Below the pieces are notes generated by a model, which saw only the letters and a program-made list of their open reading frames with translations, was not told the DNA's origin and made no database searches. Source: Pseudomonadota bacterium (GTDB lineage: Bacteria; Pseudomonadota; Gammaproteobacteria; Burkholderiales; Burkholderiaceae_E). From it: a stretch of DNA of 64,000 nt. The stretch spans positions 11,944-75,943 of the forward strand of contig JBDLQY010000157.1 of assembly GCA_039800325.1 (NCBI GenBank), given 5' to 3'. This document shows, piece by piece, positions 1 through 11,025 of this stretch (its first letter is position 1; every line of letters begins with the position of its first letter). The translations under genes were made by a program, and so were the position numbers.

Positions 1-636
1 GACCAGGCCACGGGTAGCCTCACCACCCGGGCAGGCAGCGATCAGCACATCGCCCCACTGTGCCATGGCGATCAGATCATTAAACCAGCGATAACCGCTA
101 GCCGGTTTTTCGCGTGGCCCGAAGTAAGCGACCTCGGTATTGAAGGCAGCGCAGCGTTTGGCGATGGCGGCTCCAATGCGACCCAGTCCGATCACGCCCA
201 CGCGGCGCCCCTGCAAGCTGTGCGTGAGCGCCATGCCACCCTTAAGCCAGCGCCCTTCTCGGACGAAGCGGTCACCCTGAGGGATTTGCCGAATGGTGCC
301 CAAAACAAGCGCCAGGGCCAGGTCTGCAACGTCTTCAGTGAGAACATCGGGCGTGTTGGTGACCGCGATGCCGTTGGCACGCGCATGACCGACATCGATG
401 GCATCGACACCCACACCAAAACACGACACCAGTTTTAGTCTAGGCAGCTGCGACATGACTGCCGCTTCAATGCCACGGCCACCGCTGGTGACCGCGACTT
501 CGCAACGCCCAGCCAGACTCGCGAGCAAGGCCTTCGGATCAGCAGCTTCGTAGTAGCGGTGCACCTCGTAGGTGGCTTCAAGCGCCTGCTGGGTGGGTGC
601 GTGCAATGAGCACATCAGGAGTACGGGGACCTTCAT
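1..636 (-). CDS. D-isomer-specific 2-hydroxyacid dehydrogenase family protein (glyoxylate/hydroxypyruvate reductase-like); C-terminus lies outside the window
   Basis: Absent from the ORF track because it runs off the window edge. My translation from ATG at 636-634 is open to position 1: MKVPVLLMCSLHAPTQQALEATYEVHRYYEAADPKALL...FGVGVDAIDVGHARANGIAVTNTPDVLTEDVADLALALVLG...GRRVGVIGLGRIGAAIAKRC. It has the GxGxxG NAD loop. Confidence 0.8.
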   Translation of the reverse strand, partial: MKVPVLLMCSLHAPTQQALEATYEVHRYYEAADPKALLASLAGRCEVAVTSGGRGIEAAVMSQLPRLKLVSCFGVGVDAIDVGHARANGIAVTNTPDVLTEDVADLALALVLGTIRQIPQGDRFVREGRWLKGGMALTHSLQGRRVGVIGLGRIGAAIAKRCAAFNTEVAYFGPREKPASGYRWFNDLIAMAQWGDVLIAACPGGEATRGLV

Positions 637-678
637 GGCTTGGAGGCTCCAACAGTCAGAGGGTGCGAGTGAAGATGC

Positions 679-1758
679 TCAGGCGACAACCGGGGGCAAT
701 GCGACACCCAGAGCAGCCGCTTTGGGCGTGAGCGCCGGCATGATGCCTGGATGCAGCGCGACGCCCGTGCTTAGTTGCTCTTGTTTGCGGGCTAAACCGC
801 GTTCGCCAGGCAGCCGCACGGGAACACCGGGCACTCGCGGTGCTGAGCGGTGGCAGGCGTCGGTAATCCAGTCGGTCTGTCGCGTAAAGGCATCTAGTCC
901 GGAGAAAGCCGCAGGATCATGGATCTGGACATTGACCGTGGCGCCCCAGCCCTCAATCGGATCAGCCCGGCCACGACCTGCCAGGGCACCGGTAAGGGCC
1001 TCAATCATGAGAGCAAGTCCGTAGCCCTTATGCCCGGCGTCGAGTCCACCCAAGGGCAATATCGTGCCTGGCGGATTGGCAAACAACACAGTGGGATCCC
1101 GAGTGGGTTGACCCTGCGCGTCGAGCCACCAGGCGTGCTCGCCCTGTCGGCCCGCGTCGCGTAGCCGGGTGGTCATGCCGTTGGTGGTGATCGAGGCTGA
1201 GATGTCGATCATGATGGGATCGCTTGAGGTGGGAATGCCCACGGCGATCGGATTGGGGGTGAAGACGGCCTGCGTACCGCCGAACGGGGCCACGCTGGCC
1301 GACGCCGCGTCCGAGCTGGCCACCGACACAAAAAAGCCTTGGCGCACAGGCTCTTCCAGGTAAGCGGCCAGGCAGGCAATGTGGTGACTGCGCCGAATCG
1401 CAACTGCGGCTGTACCGTTGACCCGAGCACGCGGCAGTGCCCACGCGATGGCCCGTCTAACCAGCCAGGGGCCTGGCAGCCTTTGGCCATCCCAGGTGGC
1501 CACAGCGGGTCGCTCGGCGATCACAGTCGGTGCGCCCGAACGCGTCATCTTGCCCTGCTCGAGCTCGCGCAGATAGGGTGCGAGCAGTTGCAGGCCGTGT
1601 GTGTCGTGACCCAGAAGATCGCCTTCAACCAGCACATCGGCCACTTCGGTGGCCATGTTGGCGTCCATGCCGGCGGCAGCCAGCATGGCCTGCGCAAAGC
1701 GGCGCAGATCACCGGCCTGATAGCGCGGCGAGCCCGCCGCAGATGCAGATTGGCTCAT
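679..1758 (-). CDS. Ldh_2 family (type-2 malate/L-lactate/sulfolactate) dehydrogenase
   Basis: 359-aa ORF. The GDLLGHDTHGLQLL and HKGYGLALMIEALTGAL regions are typical of the Ldh_2 family. Confidence 0.8.
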   Translation of the reverse strand: MSQSASAAGSPRYQAGDLRRFAQAMLAAAGMDANMATEVADVLVEGDLLGHDTHGLQLLAPYLRELEQGKMTRSGAPTVIAERPAVATWDGQRLPGPWLVRRAIAWALPRARVNGTAAVAIRRSHHIACLAAYLEEPVRQGFFVSVASSDAASASVAPFGGTQAVFTPNPIAVGIPTSSDPIMIDISASITTNGMTTRLRDAGRQGEHAWWLDAQGQPTRDPTVLFANPPGTILPLGGLDAGHKGYGLALMIEALTGALAGRGRADPIEGWGATVNVQIHDPAAFSGLDAFTRQTDWITDACHRSAPRVPGVPVRLPGERGLARKQEQLSTGVALHPGIMPALTPKAAALGVALPPVVA

Positions 1759-1786
1759 GGGCAGGCGCCCTCCCGTTTAAATCGAT

Positions 1787-2545
1787 TCAGTAAACAGCCC
1801 GGCCGCCGGACAGATCAAAGACCGCACCGGTGCTGAATGAGCATTCTTCGCTGGCCAGCCAGGCCACCATGGCGGCGATTTCTTCGACCAGGCCGAAGCG
1901 GGCCATGGGGATTTTGGACAGCATAAAGTCGATATGTGCCTGAGACATCTGATCAAAGATGGGCGTACGTACTGCGGCTGGGGTGATGCAGTTGACGCGG
2001 ATGCCGGTTTTGGCGGTTTCTTTGCCCAGCGATTTGGTCAGTCCAATGACGGCAGCCTTTGAGGTGCTGTATGCAGGCGCATTGGGATTGCCGTCCTTGC
2101 CTGCAATCGACGCAATGTTGATCACACGACCATAGTCGTTCTTGAGCATTTCGCGCACCACAGCCCGGTTGCACAGAAACAGTCCGTTGACGTTGACGTC
2201 CATGACGCGCCGCCAGTCCTCGGGTTCGTACTCCCAGGTGGTCTTATTGGGCCCCGTGATGCCGGCGCTACAACACAAAATATCGATGCGTCCGAATGCA
2301 GCGACCGTCTTGTCGGCGGCGGCCTGTACGCTTTGTGCATCGGTGACATCGACCTGAATGGCCTGGTGGCTGGCACCCGCCACCGGCGGCAGTGCTGCTG
2401 CCGTGCGTTGTGCAGCCGCGGTGTCTACATCCCACAGCGCCACGCGGGCACCGCTGGCGGCAAAGCGGGCCGCGATCGCGGCACCAATACCCGAGGCGCC
2501 GCCGGTGATCACCGCCGCGCGGCCTTTAAGATCAATCGCATTCAT
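1787..2545 (-). CDS. SDR family oxidoreductase
   Basis: The track ORF 1787..2860 is over-extended. The internal ATG at 2545 gives MNAIDLKGRAAVITGGASGIGAAIA (TGxxxGIG) and YSTSKAA (YxxxK), about 252 aa. Confidence 0.9.
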   Translation of the reverse strand: MNAIDLKGRAAVITGGASGIGAAIAARFAASGARVALWDVDTAAAQRTAAALPPVAGASHQAIQVDVTDAQSVQAAADKTVAAFGRIDILCCSAGITGPNKTTWEYEPEDWRRVMDVNVNGLFLCNRAVVREMLKNDYGRVINIASIAGKDGNPNAPAYSTSKAAVIGLTKSLGKETAKTGIRVNCITPAAVRTPIFDQMSQAHIDFMLSKIPMARFGLVEEIAAMVAWLASEECSFSTGAVFDLSGGRAVY

Positions 2546-2663
2546 GGCTTGGCGTTCCAGAAAGTCAGGTGGAGAAAGGCCGAAACCATAGCACGATGAG
2601 GCGGTCACTGTTTCGGCATAATCGCGGCTTTCAAACCGCGCGCGACTTGAGGGGAGCCATCTG

Positions 2664-3641
2664 ATGAAAGTGCTGTTTACCGACCATGACATGCTCGATA
2701 TCTCGCTCGAGCGCGGCATTTTTCGCGAAGCCGGCATCGAGCTGCTCGAGGCCCAGTGCCGCACCCCCGAAGACGTGATCCGCCACGCCGCGGGCTGCAG
2801 CGCGCTTCTGGTGCAGTATGCACCCGTGGGCGAGGCTGTTTTCAAGGCCTGTCCCAACATCGGACTGGCCTCGCGTATCGGCGCGGGTTACGACACCATT
2901 GACGCGATCGCTGCCGAGCGCCATGGGGTGTGGGTGGCCAATTCGCCCGATTACGGTGTGGGTGAAGTCTCGCTGCACGCGCTGTCGATGACGCTGGCGG
3001 TTATCCGCTGTCTGGGTCGCTATGACCGCGATATCCATGCCGGCAACTGGCACTACACCACGGTGGGGCGTATTCCCCGTACGCAGAATCTGACGGTTGG
3101 TGTGTTGGGCCTGGGCCGCATCGGCAAGCGCTTTGCGCACTACGCTCAGCCCATTTTCAAGCGTGTCATTGCCCATGATCCCAATCTCATTGACGGTGAT
3201 TTCCCTCAGTATGTGGGGCGCGTGGGTCTGGAAGAACTCTTTGAGCAGGCGGATGCCATTTCCATCCACTGCCTGCTCAACGACGGCACCCGGGGGCTGG
3301 TGGGTGAGTCGCTACTGCGCCGTATGAAGAAGGGCTCTTATCTCGTCAATACTGCCCGTGGCGCAGTGATTGATATTGATGGACTCACTCGCGTGGTAGC
3401 CGATGACCATCTGGCTGGCGTGGGCCTGGATGTTCTACCAGTTGAGCCGGTTCCCGCCGGGCATCCGTTGCTGTCTGATCCGCGGGTGATTTTTACGCCG
3501 CACTCGGCTTTTTACTCGGTTGAGTCCGAGATTGAATTGCGCCGCAAAGCGGCCATGAATATTGTCAACTGGATGAAGAGCGGTCGCCCCGATTATCCGG
3601 TGAACAAGGGCAGCAAGACGCCCGCAGGGCTGGCGCGCTGA
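2664..3641 (+). CDS. D-2-hydroxyacid dehydrogenase family protein (CtBP/PGDH-like)
   Basis: 325 aa with NAD loop GVLGLGRIGKRFA. C-terminal FTPHSAFYS is typical of the family. Confidence 0.85.
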   Translation: MKVLFTDHDMLDISLERGIFREAGIELLEAQCRTPEDVIRHAAGCSALLVQYAPVGEAVFKACPNIGLASRIGAGYDTIDAIAAERHGVWVANSPDYGVGEVSLHALSMTLAVIRCLGRYDRDIHAGNWHYTTVGRIPRTQNLTVGVLGLGRIGKRFAHYAQPIFKRVIAHDPNLIDGDFPQYVGRVGLEELFEQADAISIHCLLNDGTRGLVGESLLRRMKKGSYLVNTARGAVIDIDGLTRVVADDHLAGVGLDVLPVEPVPAGHPLLSDPRVIFTPHSAFYSVESEIELRRKAAMNIVNWMKSGRPDYPVNKGSKTPAGLAR

Positions 3642-3660
3642 ACGTCTTGCAGGTCCACTC

Positions 3661-3693
3661 AACGAAACGGCCGCTTGATCGCGGCCGTTCGTT
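3661..3693. terminator. Hairpin between convergent genes (possible bidirectional terminator)
   Basis: aacgaaacggccgc-ttgatc-gcggccgttcgtt forms a GC-rich inverted repeat between the stops at 3641 (+) and 3717 (-). Confidence 0.5.
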
Positions 3694-3716
3694 GATTGAG
3701 TCTGCGCTCAGGTCAT

Positions 3717-4571
3717 TTACTTCTTAAGGCTGAACTTCACGATCTTGGCGTGCTGTTCGCCAAGTCCTGCAATGCCCAGACTGACTTTGTCGCCGGCCTT
3801 GAGGAACTGCTGAGGCTTCATGCCCATGCCGACTCCGGGTGGCGTACCCGTGGTGATGATGTCGCCGGGGTTCAGGGTCATGATCTGGCTGACATAGGCA
3901 ATCAGGGTTGCACAGTCGAAGATCATGGTCTTGGTGCTGCCGCGCTGGCGGGGTTCGCCGTTGACGTCCAGCCACATGTCGAGTTTTTGAGGGCTGGGCA
4001 CCTCGTCAGCCGTCACCAGCCACGGACCGATGGGGCCGAACGTGTCAAATCCTTTGCCCTTATCCCAGGTGGGGCCGCGCTCGATCTGCCACTCGCGTTC
4101 TGACACGTCGTTGACCAGCACATAGCCGGCAACGTGGGACAGAGCGTTCTTTTTGCTGACATAGCGAGCCTGGGTGCCGATGACAATGCCCAGCTCAACT
4201 TCCCAGTCGGTCTTGACCGAGCCTTTGGGCAGCATGATGTCGTCGTTGGGGCCCTGGATGCAACTGAGGGTTTTGTGAAAGACGATGGGCTCTTTGGGAA
4301 TGGGATTGCCAGTTTCGGCTGCGTGGTCGCTGTAATTCAGGCCGATGGCCACAAACTTGGTCGAACCGGAGACCGGGCAGCCCAGTCGCGGCTTGCCACG
4401 CACCAGCGGCAGCTTGGCCGTCTTGATCTTTGCAATTTTGGCCAACACTGCAGACGACAGTGCTGCTGGACCAATGTCGGCCACAACGCCGGATAGATCA
4501 CGCAGTTTGCCGTCGGCATCGATGAGGCCGGGTTTTTCCTTGCCGGGGTTGCCATAGCGTACGAGTTTCAT
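3717..4571 (-). CDS. Fumarylacetoacetate hydrolase (FAH) family protein, candidate 2,4-diketo-3-deoxy sugar-acid hydrolase
   Basis: The track ORF is over-extended. ATG at 4571 gives MKLVRYGNPGKEKPGLIDADGKLRDL, and the C-terminal LNPGDIITTGTPPGVG is typical of FAH. Confidence 0.85.
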   Translation of the reverse strand: MKLVRYGNPGKEKPGLIDADGKLRDLSGVVADIGPAALSSAVLAKIAKIKTAKLPLVRGKPRLGCPVSGSTKFVAIGLNYSDHAAETGNPIPKEPIVFHKTLSCIQGPNDDIMLPKGSVKTDWEVELGIVIGTQARYVSKKNALSHVAGYVLVNDVSEREWQIERGPTWDKGKGFDTFGPIGPWLVTADEVPSPQKLDMWLDVNGEPRQRGSTKTMIFDCATLIAYVSQIMTLNPGDIITTGTPPGVGMGMKPQQFLKAGDKVSLGIAGLGEQHAKIVKFSLKK

Positions 4572-4617
4572 CTTGCTCGGTCTCCTTGAGTTTGAGCGGA
4601 ATGAACGAAAGCGACAG

Positions 4618-5439
<822 letters not shown>

Positions 5440-7215
5440 TTAGCGGCGGGCGTCGAACTGAAGTGCCGCGAGTCGAGCGTAGACGCCCCCGGCCTGGCTC
5501 AGTGCCTCATGCGAACCGCTCTCAACCACGCGGCCCTGATCAAGCACCATGATGCGGTCAGCGCGGCGCACCGTGTCGAGGCGGTGCGCGATGATCAGCG
5601 TTGTGCGGCCACCGACCGCGCGATCGAGCGCGGCCTGAACTGCTCGCTCGCTTTCCGAATCGAGAGCGCTGGTGGCTTCGTCCAGCAGTAGAAGCGGCGG
5701 ATCGCGCAGCAGTGCGCGGGCAATCGCCAGGCGCTGCCGCTGGCCGCCTGATAGGCGCACACCGCGTTCACCCAGCGGTGTGGCATAGCCCTGGGGGAGC
5801 TGCTCGATGAATTCATGCGCATGGGCGGCATGCGCAGCGGCCACCAGCTCCGGCTCGCTCGCCTGCATACGACCGTAGAGAATGTTGTGACGAACATCGG
5901 CTGAGAACACGACGTTGTCCTGCGCGACCAGCCCGATGGTGTTCCTCAGATCGGCCAGCGGCCATTCGCGCAGGTCTACGCCATTTAGGCGGATGACGCC
6001 CGCCTGCGGGTCATAAAAGCGCAAGAGCAGTTGAAAGACCGTACTCTTTCCTGCACCCGAGGCGCCGACCAGCGCCACAGTCTCACCCGGCGAAATAGTG
6101 AACGACATCGAGGCCAGTGCCGCCTGGCCAGGGCGCGAGGGATAGTGAAAGGCAACCGACTCAAATTGCACCGAGGCGCCCCTGGGGTCCGAGACGGGGC
6201 TAGTCCGTGCTTGCGCGGGCGATGCAATACGCGGCTTTGACTCAAGCAGCTCAAGCAGACGTTCAGTCGCGCCGGCTGCGCGCTGAATATCGCCCAGTAC
6301 CTCGGCGATGGCGCCGGTGGCGCCGCCCAGAATGGCTGCATACAGAATGAACTGCGCCAATTGTCCGCCGCTCATGTCGCCTGCAATGACTGAACGCGCG
6401 CCCATCCAAAGCACAAATACGATGGCCGAAAAGACCAGCACGATAGCCAGTGCGGTCAGGGCTGAGCGAGCGCGAATGCGTCGTACGGCCGCGCCGAATG
6501 CCTGGTTAGCGCTTTCGCTAAAGCGTTCGGTCTCGAAGCGTTCACGACCGAACGCCTGCACCACCTGGATGGCACCCAGGGTCTCACCGGCCAGAGCGCT
6601 GGCATCTGCAACGCGGTCCTGACTGTCACGTGACAGGCGGCGCACACGCCGACCGAACGCAATAATGGGTAGCACCACCAGTGCCAGCAGCCCAATGATC
6701 ACCAGCGCCAGGGTGGTGCTGGTGATCAGCATCATGATCAGCGCGCCTGTCAGCAGCAGGCTATTGCGCAGCCCCAGCGACAGGCTGGTGCCCACAAGCG
6801 TCTGAATCAGCGTGGTGTCCGCGCTTAGTCTGGAGAGTACCTCGCCCGACTTGAGCGTTTCGAAGAACACCGGATCCTGCCTGAGCACCGATCCGAAGAC
6901 AGCCCTTCGCAGATCGGCAGTGACGCGTTCGCCCAGCCAAGACACGCTGTAAAAGCGCAGTGCTGTCGCCGCGGCCAGCACAACCGCCAGGGCGAGCAGT
7001 GCCAGAAAATATCCATGTACCGAGCTTTCACCCGAGAAACCATGATCGATGAGCTGACGAAAAGCCAGAGGGACCGACAGGGTTGCGGCGGCGGCCACCA
7101 TAAGCGCCGTGCCTGCGCCCAGCAGACGCAGCCGATACGGCGCGAGAAACGGGGCTAGGCGCCCCAACACCCGCAGGCTCGCCCGGCGCGCGGGCGAAGG
7201 AGTCTGATCGGTCAT
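5440..7215 (-). CDS. ABC transporter, fused permease/ATP-binding protein (ABCB/MsbA-like exporter)
   Basis: 591 aa with N-terminal TM region, Walker A GASGAGKST, signature LSGGQRQR and Walker B LLLLDEATSALD. Its start overlaps the upstream stop in ATGA (7212-7215). Confidence 0.9.
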   Translation of the reverse strand: MTDQTPSPARRASLRVLGRLAPFLAPYRLRLLGAGTALMVAAAATLSVPLAFRQLIDHGFSGESSVHGYFLALLALAVVLAAATALRFYSVSWLGERVTADLRRAVFGSVLRQDPVFFETLKSGEVLSRLSADTTLIQTLVGTSLSLGLRNSLLLTGALIMMLITSTTLALVIIGLLALVVLPIIAFGRRVRRLSRDSQDRVADASALAGETLGAIQVVQAFGRERFETERFSESANQAFGAAVRRIRARSALTALAIVLVFSAIVFVLWMGARSVIAGDMSGGQLAQFILYAAILGGATGAIAEVLGDIQRAAGATERLLELLESKPRIASPAQARTSPVSDPRGASVQFESVAFHYPSRPGQAALASMSFTISPGETVALVGASGAGKSTVFQLLLRFYDPQAGVIRLNGVDLREWPLADLRNTIGLVAQDNVVFSADVRHNILYGRMQASEPELVAAAHAAHAHEFIEQLPQGYATPLGERGVRLSGGQRQRLAIARALLRDPPLLLLDEATSALDSESERAVQAALDRAVGGRTTLIIAHRLDTVRRADRIMVLDQGRVVESGSHEALSQAGGVYARLAALQFDARR

Positions 7216-8723
7216 GGGCGAATCGTAGCCTCGTTGAGCGTACCCAGTACGCCCGCCTTGTTGATGGTGTGCAGCTTGGCGGCCACCGCGCTGACCAGTT
7301 CCTGCGAATGACCCAGATCACCAAATACGGGCTCGTAGCTGAGTAGCCCATGAGCCAATGCCTTCGGGTCGGTGCCGATCGAGTCCAGGCGCTTTGCCAG
7401 CGTTTGCGCCTGAGGGTCCTTGATGATTACGGAGATGCCCGCCGATGCGCCGCGCAGGCATTGCAGCCAGGCCGCCAGGGCCAGCGCCAGGATGCCAACC
7501 GTGCGGCCCTGATCCAGACGCTGGCGCACTGTAGGCAGCCAGCGTACGGGAATTTTTTTGGAGCCGTCTGCGGCAATCTGCTCGGTACGATGCGCAAGAG
7601 CCGGGTTGGCGAAACGGATCAAAAGCTCGCGGCAGTAGTCAGTTGCCAGTGGTTTCATGGTGCGTGGCAAAGTCGGGATGGCTTCATCCCATAACTGCTC
7701 GACCGCGGCGCGCAGGGCCGGATGGGCAATCGCCTGATCAACCGTGCTAAGTCCGGCCAGCAACCCCGTGTAGGCGATCAACGAGTGGGCGGCGTTCAGC
7801 AGACGCAGCTTCATGTCCTCCCAGCCGCTCACGTCGTCGGCCAGTTGTACGCCACTGGCGGCCAGATCGGGTCGGCCTGCGGCGAAGCGATCCTCGACGA
7901 CCCATTGTGTGAAGGGTTCGGTGCTTATGGGCCACGCGTCGGTCAGCCCTGCGACGCGTTGTACGGTTTCACGATCGGCGTCGGTGGTTGCCGGTACGAT
8001 GCGATCGACCATAGAGCAGGGAAAGCTCACCTGCTGTTCAAGCCAGCGCTCGAGGGCCGCGTCACCGCGGGCTGCGACGAAGGAGAGCAGTGCTCGCTTG
8101 AGGGTCTTTCCGTTTGCGGAGAGGTTATCGCAACTCATCAGGGTAAGGGCCGCGTCGGGCGCCTGTTCGCGCCGCCTGGCCAGTCCGCGGGCCAGCCAGC
8201 CCAGTGCGGTGCGAGGCGTGGCATGTGGGGCGGCTTTCAGATCTGCGACGAGGTCGGCCTGCGAGCGATCAAGCTCGCCTTGCGGGTCCAGGCAGTATCC
8301 TTTTTCGGTGATGGTGAGCGAGACGATGCGAATGCGCGGATCGGCCAGCCGGGCCAGCGTTGTTTCGGGCGACTGGCCGGCCAGCAGGCATTCGCGCAGG
8401 GCTGCGATCACGCGTAGTCTGGGTGCGCTTTCACTGCGTTCAATGAGTGTGTAGAGACCGTCTTGCGCCCGCAGAGCATCGCACACGGCTCGGCTATGCA
8501 GGTTGACGCCGCAGATACCCCAGGCAGAGTCGCCCCGGTTGAGGGCGTCGTCAAAAGCCACCGCCTGGTGAGCCCGGTGAAAGTTACCCACGCCCACATG
8601 AAGCACGCCGATGCCTGCCTGGTTGGGCGTGTAGGCGGGGCGCTGGATAATGGGCGCTATATGCGCCAGCGTCGATAACGAAAGGCGATCGTATGGACGG
8701 TTTGCGCACTGGGGGTCGGTCAT
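7212..8723 (-). CDS. Mannitol dehydrogenase family oxidoreductase (UxaB/UxuB-like altronate or fructuronate reductase)
   Basis: 503 aa. N-terminal GVLHVGVGNFHRAHQA and the overall length are typical of long-chain mannitol-DH family enzymes. Confidence 0.8.
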   Translation of the reverse strand: MTDPQCANRPYDRLSLSTLAHIAPIIQRPAYTPNQAGIGVLHVGVGNFHRAHQAVAFDDALNRGDSAWGICGVNLHSRAVCDALRAQDGLYTLIERSESAPRLRVIAALRECLLAGQSPETTLARLADPRIRIVSLTITEKGYCLDPQGELDRSQADLVADLKAAPHATPRTALGWLARGLARRREQAPDAALTLMSCDNLSANGKTLKRALLSFVAARGDAALERWLEQQVSFPCSMVDRIVPATTDADRETVQRVAGLTDAWPISTEPFTQWVVEDRFAAGRPDLAASGVQLADDVSGWEDMKLRLLNAAHSLIAYTGLLAGLSTVDQAIAHPALRAAVEQLWDEAIPTLPRTMKPLATDYCRELLIRFANPALAHRTEQIAADGSKKIPVRWLPTVRQRLDQGRTVGILALALAAWLQCLRGASAGISVIIKDPQAQTLAKRLDSIGTDPKALAHGLLSYEPVFGDLGHSQELVSAVAAKLHTINKAGVLGTLNEATIRP

Positions 8724-8844
8724 GGACGGTTGGGCGTTCAGGCTGAAGACTGGGCGCGAGTGTACCCGGTGGGTAGCCGCCCAGGTCGCGTGCTAACATC
8801 AAATTCACCTGCCAATCAGACCATCATCAATCACGGAGACAGAC

Positions 8845-9882
8845 ATGCTCGAGTGCAAGGTGCACGGTGCGCTTGACCTGAGAATCGATGAGGTGCAAAC
8901 GCCGGTCCCTCAGGCTGGAGAGGTTCTGGTGCGACTGGGCGCCGCTGGCATTTGCGGGTCCGACATGCATTATTACCTGCACGGACGTGTGGGTAACTTC
9001 AAAATTCGCGAGCCGCTCACCCCAGGGCATGAAGCCTCGGGCGTGGTGCATGCCGTCGGTGCCGGGGTCAGTCGCGTCAAGCCCGGGGATCGCATTGCCA
9101 TCAATCCCTCCAGACCCTGTGGCCGTTGTCCAGGCTGCCGTGAGGGGCGCGAGAATCTCTGCGGCAATATGCGTTTTCTGGGCAGCGCCAGCGTGTTTCC
9201 GCACGTACAGGGCATGTTCCGAGAGTTTTTTGTAATGCCCGAGTCGCAGTGTGTTCCGGTGGATGCCGATGTCTCTCTGGGCGAAATTGCCATGTCCGAG
9301 CCGCTGGCGGTAGCGCTGCACTCGGCGCAGCGCGCTGGAAACCTGCTGGGCAAGCGCGTGCTCATCACGGGCTCTGGCACCATCGGTTGCATGATGGTGC
9401 TGGCGGTTCGGCTGGCCGGTGCGGCCCATGTAACGGTCACTGATGTGGTTGATCATCCCCTCGATGTGGCACGGCAGTGCGGTGCTGACGCCACGGTCCG
9501 AATCGACAAATTACCGGCCGAGGGCAAGCTGTCTGATGTCACGGGCGAACCCGATGTCGCCTTTGAGGTCTCTGGCGCTGGCTCGGCGCTTATTGCGTTG
9601 ATTGAGACCGTACGTCGCGGTGGCATCATTGTGCAGGTGGGTACTTTGCCGGCTGACGGACTGCATCTGATGGCTAACCAAATCATGGCGCGCGAGCTCG
9701 ATCTGCGGGGCTCGTTCCGCTTTGGCAATGTCTTTGATCTGGCGGTGCGCAGTATTGCCGAGCGCCGGGTCGATGTTCGTCCGGTCATCACTGGCGAGTA
9801 TCCGCTGCGCGAGGCTGCGGCGGCCATCGAGCGCGCTCGTGACAAAAGCCGCAGCATGAAAGTACAACTGGTACCGGGTTGA
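8845..9882 (+). CDS. Zn-dependent alcohol dehydrogenase (L-idonate/L-galactonate/L-gulonate 5-dehydrogenase-like)
   Basis: 345 aa with CGSDMHYY, GHEASGVV, the structural-Zn cysteine cluster CGRCPGCREGRENLC and ITGSGTIG. GGAGA lies 6 nt upstream of the ATG. Confidence 0.85.
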   Translation: MLECKVHGALDLRIDEVQTPVPQAGEVLVRLGAAGICGSDMHYYLHGRVGNFKIREPLTPGHEASGVVHAVGAGVSRVKPGDRIAINPSRPCGRCPGCREGRENLCGNMRFLGSASVFPHVQGMFREFFVMPESQCVPVDADVSLGEIAMSEPLAVALHSAQRAGNLLGKRVLITGSGTIGCMMVLAVRLAGAAHVTVTDVVDHPLDVARQCGADATVRIDKLPAEGKLSDVTGEPDVAFEVSGAGSALIALIETVRRGGIIVQVGTLPADGLHLMANQIMARELDLRGSFRFGNVFDLAVRSIAERRVDVRPVITGEYPLREAAAAIERARDKSRSMKVQLVPG

Positions 9883-9923
9883 TTTTTCTATCCATCACAC
9901 GTCGATCTAAACAAGGAGACAAC

Positions 9924-10895
9924 ATGAAACTAGTGGCTTCTCTGATGATGTCGGCGGCAGTCTTTGCCGCCTCGGCGCTGCCGGCTGCAGCGCAGACCAA
10001 GCTCAAGTGGGCGCATGTCTATGAGGCGTCTGAGCCCTATCACCGCTGGTCGGTCTGGGCGAGCGATGAGTTTAAAAAACGCACCAACGGCAAATATGAA
10101 ATTCAGGTCTTCCCAGCTTCGTCGCTGGGCAAAGAGACTGACATCAACCAGGGCCTGCAACTGGGTACCGTTGACATCATCATCTCGGGCCTGTCCTTTG
10201 CTGCCCGCAGTTTTCCGCGTATTGGCGTGGGCTACTACCCGTTCACTTTCCGTGATGGCAACCATCTGGTGGCCTGGTCCAAGAGCCCCGCTTTCCGTGA
10301 ACTGGCCGATGGCTATGAGGCAAAAACCGGCGTCCACATCACGTCCATGACGTATTACGGCGCGCGTCACACCTCATCCAATCGTGCTTTCAAAGATTGC
10401 GCGGGCATGAAAAACCTCAAGATCCGCGTGCCCGACGTACCGGCTTACATGGCAACGCCTAGGGCCTGCGGCGCCAACCCCACGCCGATCGCGTTTGCTG
10501 AGGTCTACCTGGCACTGCAAAACGGTACCGTTGAGGCGCAGGAAAACCCGCTGCCGACTATTGAGGCCAAGAAGTTCTACGAGGTGCAAAAGCACATCAT
10601 CCTGACGGGCCACATCGTTGACGCCGTGGCTACTCAGGTGGGGCCGCATATCTGGAAGAAGTTCACGGCTGACGAGAAAAAACTGTTCACCGAAATTACG
10701 CTTGAAGCGGCTGCCAAAGGCACTGCTGAAATTCTCAAGCGCGAGGTTGAACTGGTCGACGAGTTTCGCAAAAAAGGTCTGACGGTAACCGAGGTCGATC
10801 GCTCGGGTTTCCAACAGGCTGTGCTGAAGTCTGTGCCGATGGAGTCCATGGGTTACAACAAGGCTGATTGGGACAAGATTCAGACCATCAAGTAA
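9924..10895 (+). CDS. TRAP transporter substrate-binding protein DctP family
   Basis: ATG at 9924 is preceded by AAGGAGA. Signal peptide MKLVASLMMSAAVFAASALPAAAQ; the body is DctP-like. Confidence 0.9.
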   Translation: MKLVASLMMSAAVFAASALPAAAQTKLKWAHVYEASEPYHRWSVWASDEFKKRTNGKYEIQVFPASSLGKETDINQGLQLGTVDIIISGLSFAARSFPRIGVGYYPFTFRDGNHLVAWSKSPAFRELADGYEAKTGVHITSMTYYGARHTSSNRAFKDCAGMKNLKIRVPDVPAYMATPRACGANPTPIAFAEVYLALQNGTVEAQENPLPTIEAKKFYEVQKHIILTGHIVDAVATQVGPHIWKKFTADEKKLFTEITLEAAAKGTAEILKREVELVDEFRKKGLTVTEVDRSGFQQAVLKSVPMESMGYNKADWDKIQTIK

Positions 10896-11025
10896 TCCCT
10901 GCACTGCATGCAGTCTCCCCGGGCCCTGGGGCCCTGCTGTAACACCCAGGCCCGGGCTCGATCGAGGCAAGTCGTCGCCACTTGCCTCGGTTTAGTTTGT
11001 GCGGCTTCAAGGCATCGAAACCCCC

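Noticed and set aside
7722-8454. 231-aa and 213-aa plus-strand ORFs
   Set aside because: They lie antisense within the mannitol-dehydrogenase-family gene. These are high-GC shadow frames.
8827-9456. 209-aa minus-strand ORF
   Set aside because: It lies antisense to the Zn-ADH gene, which has clear catalytic and structural zinc motifs.
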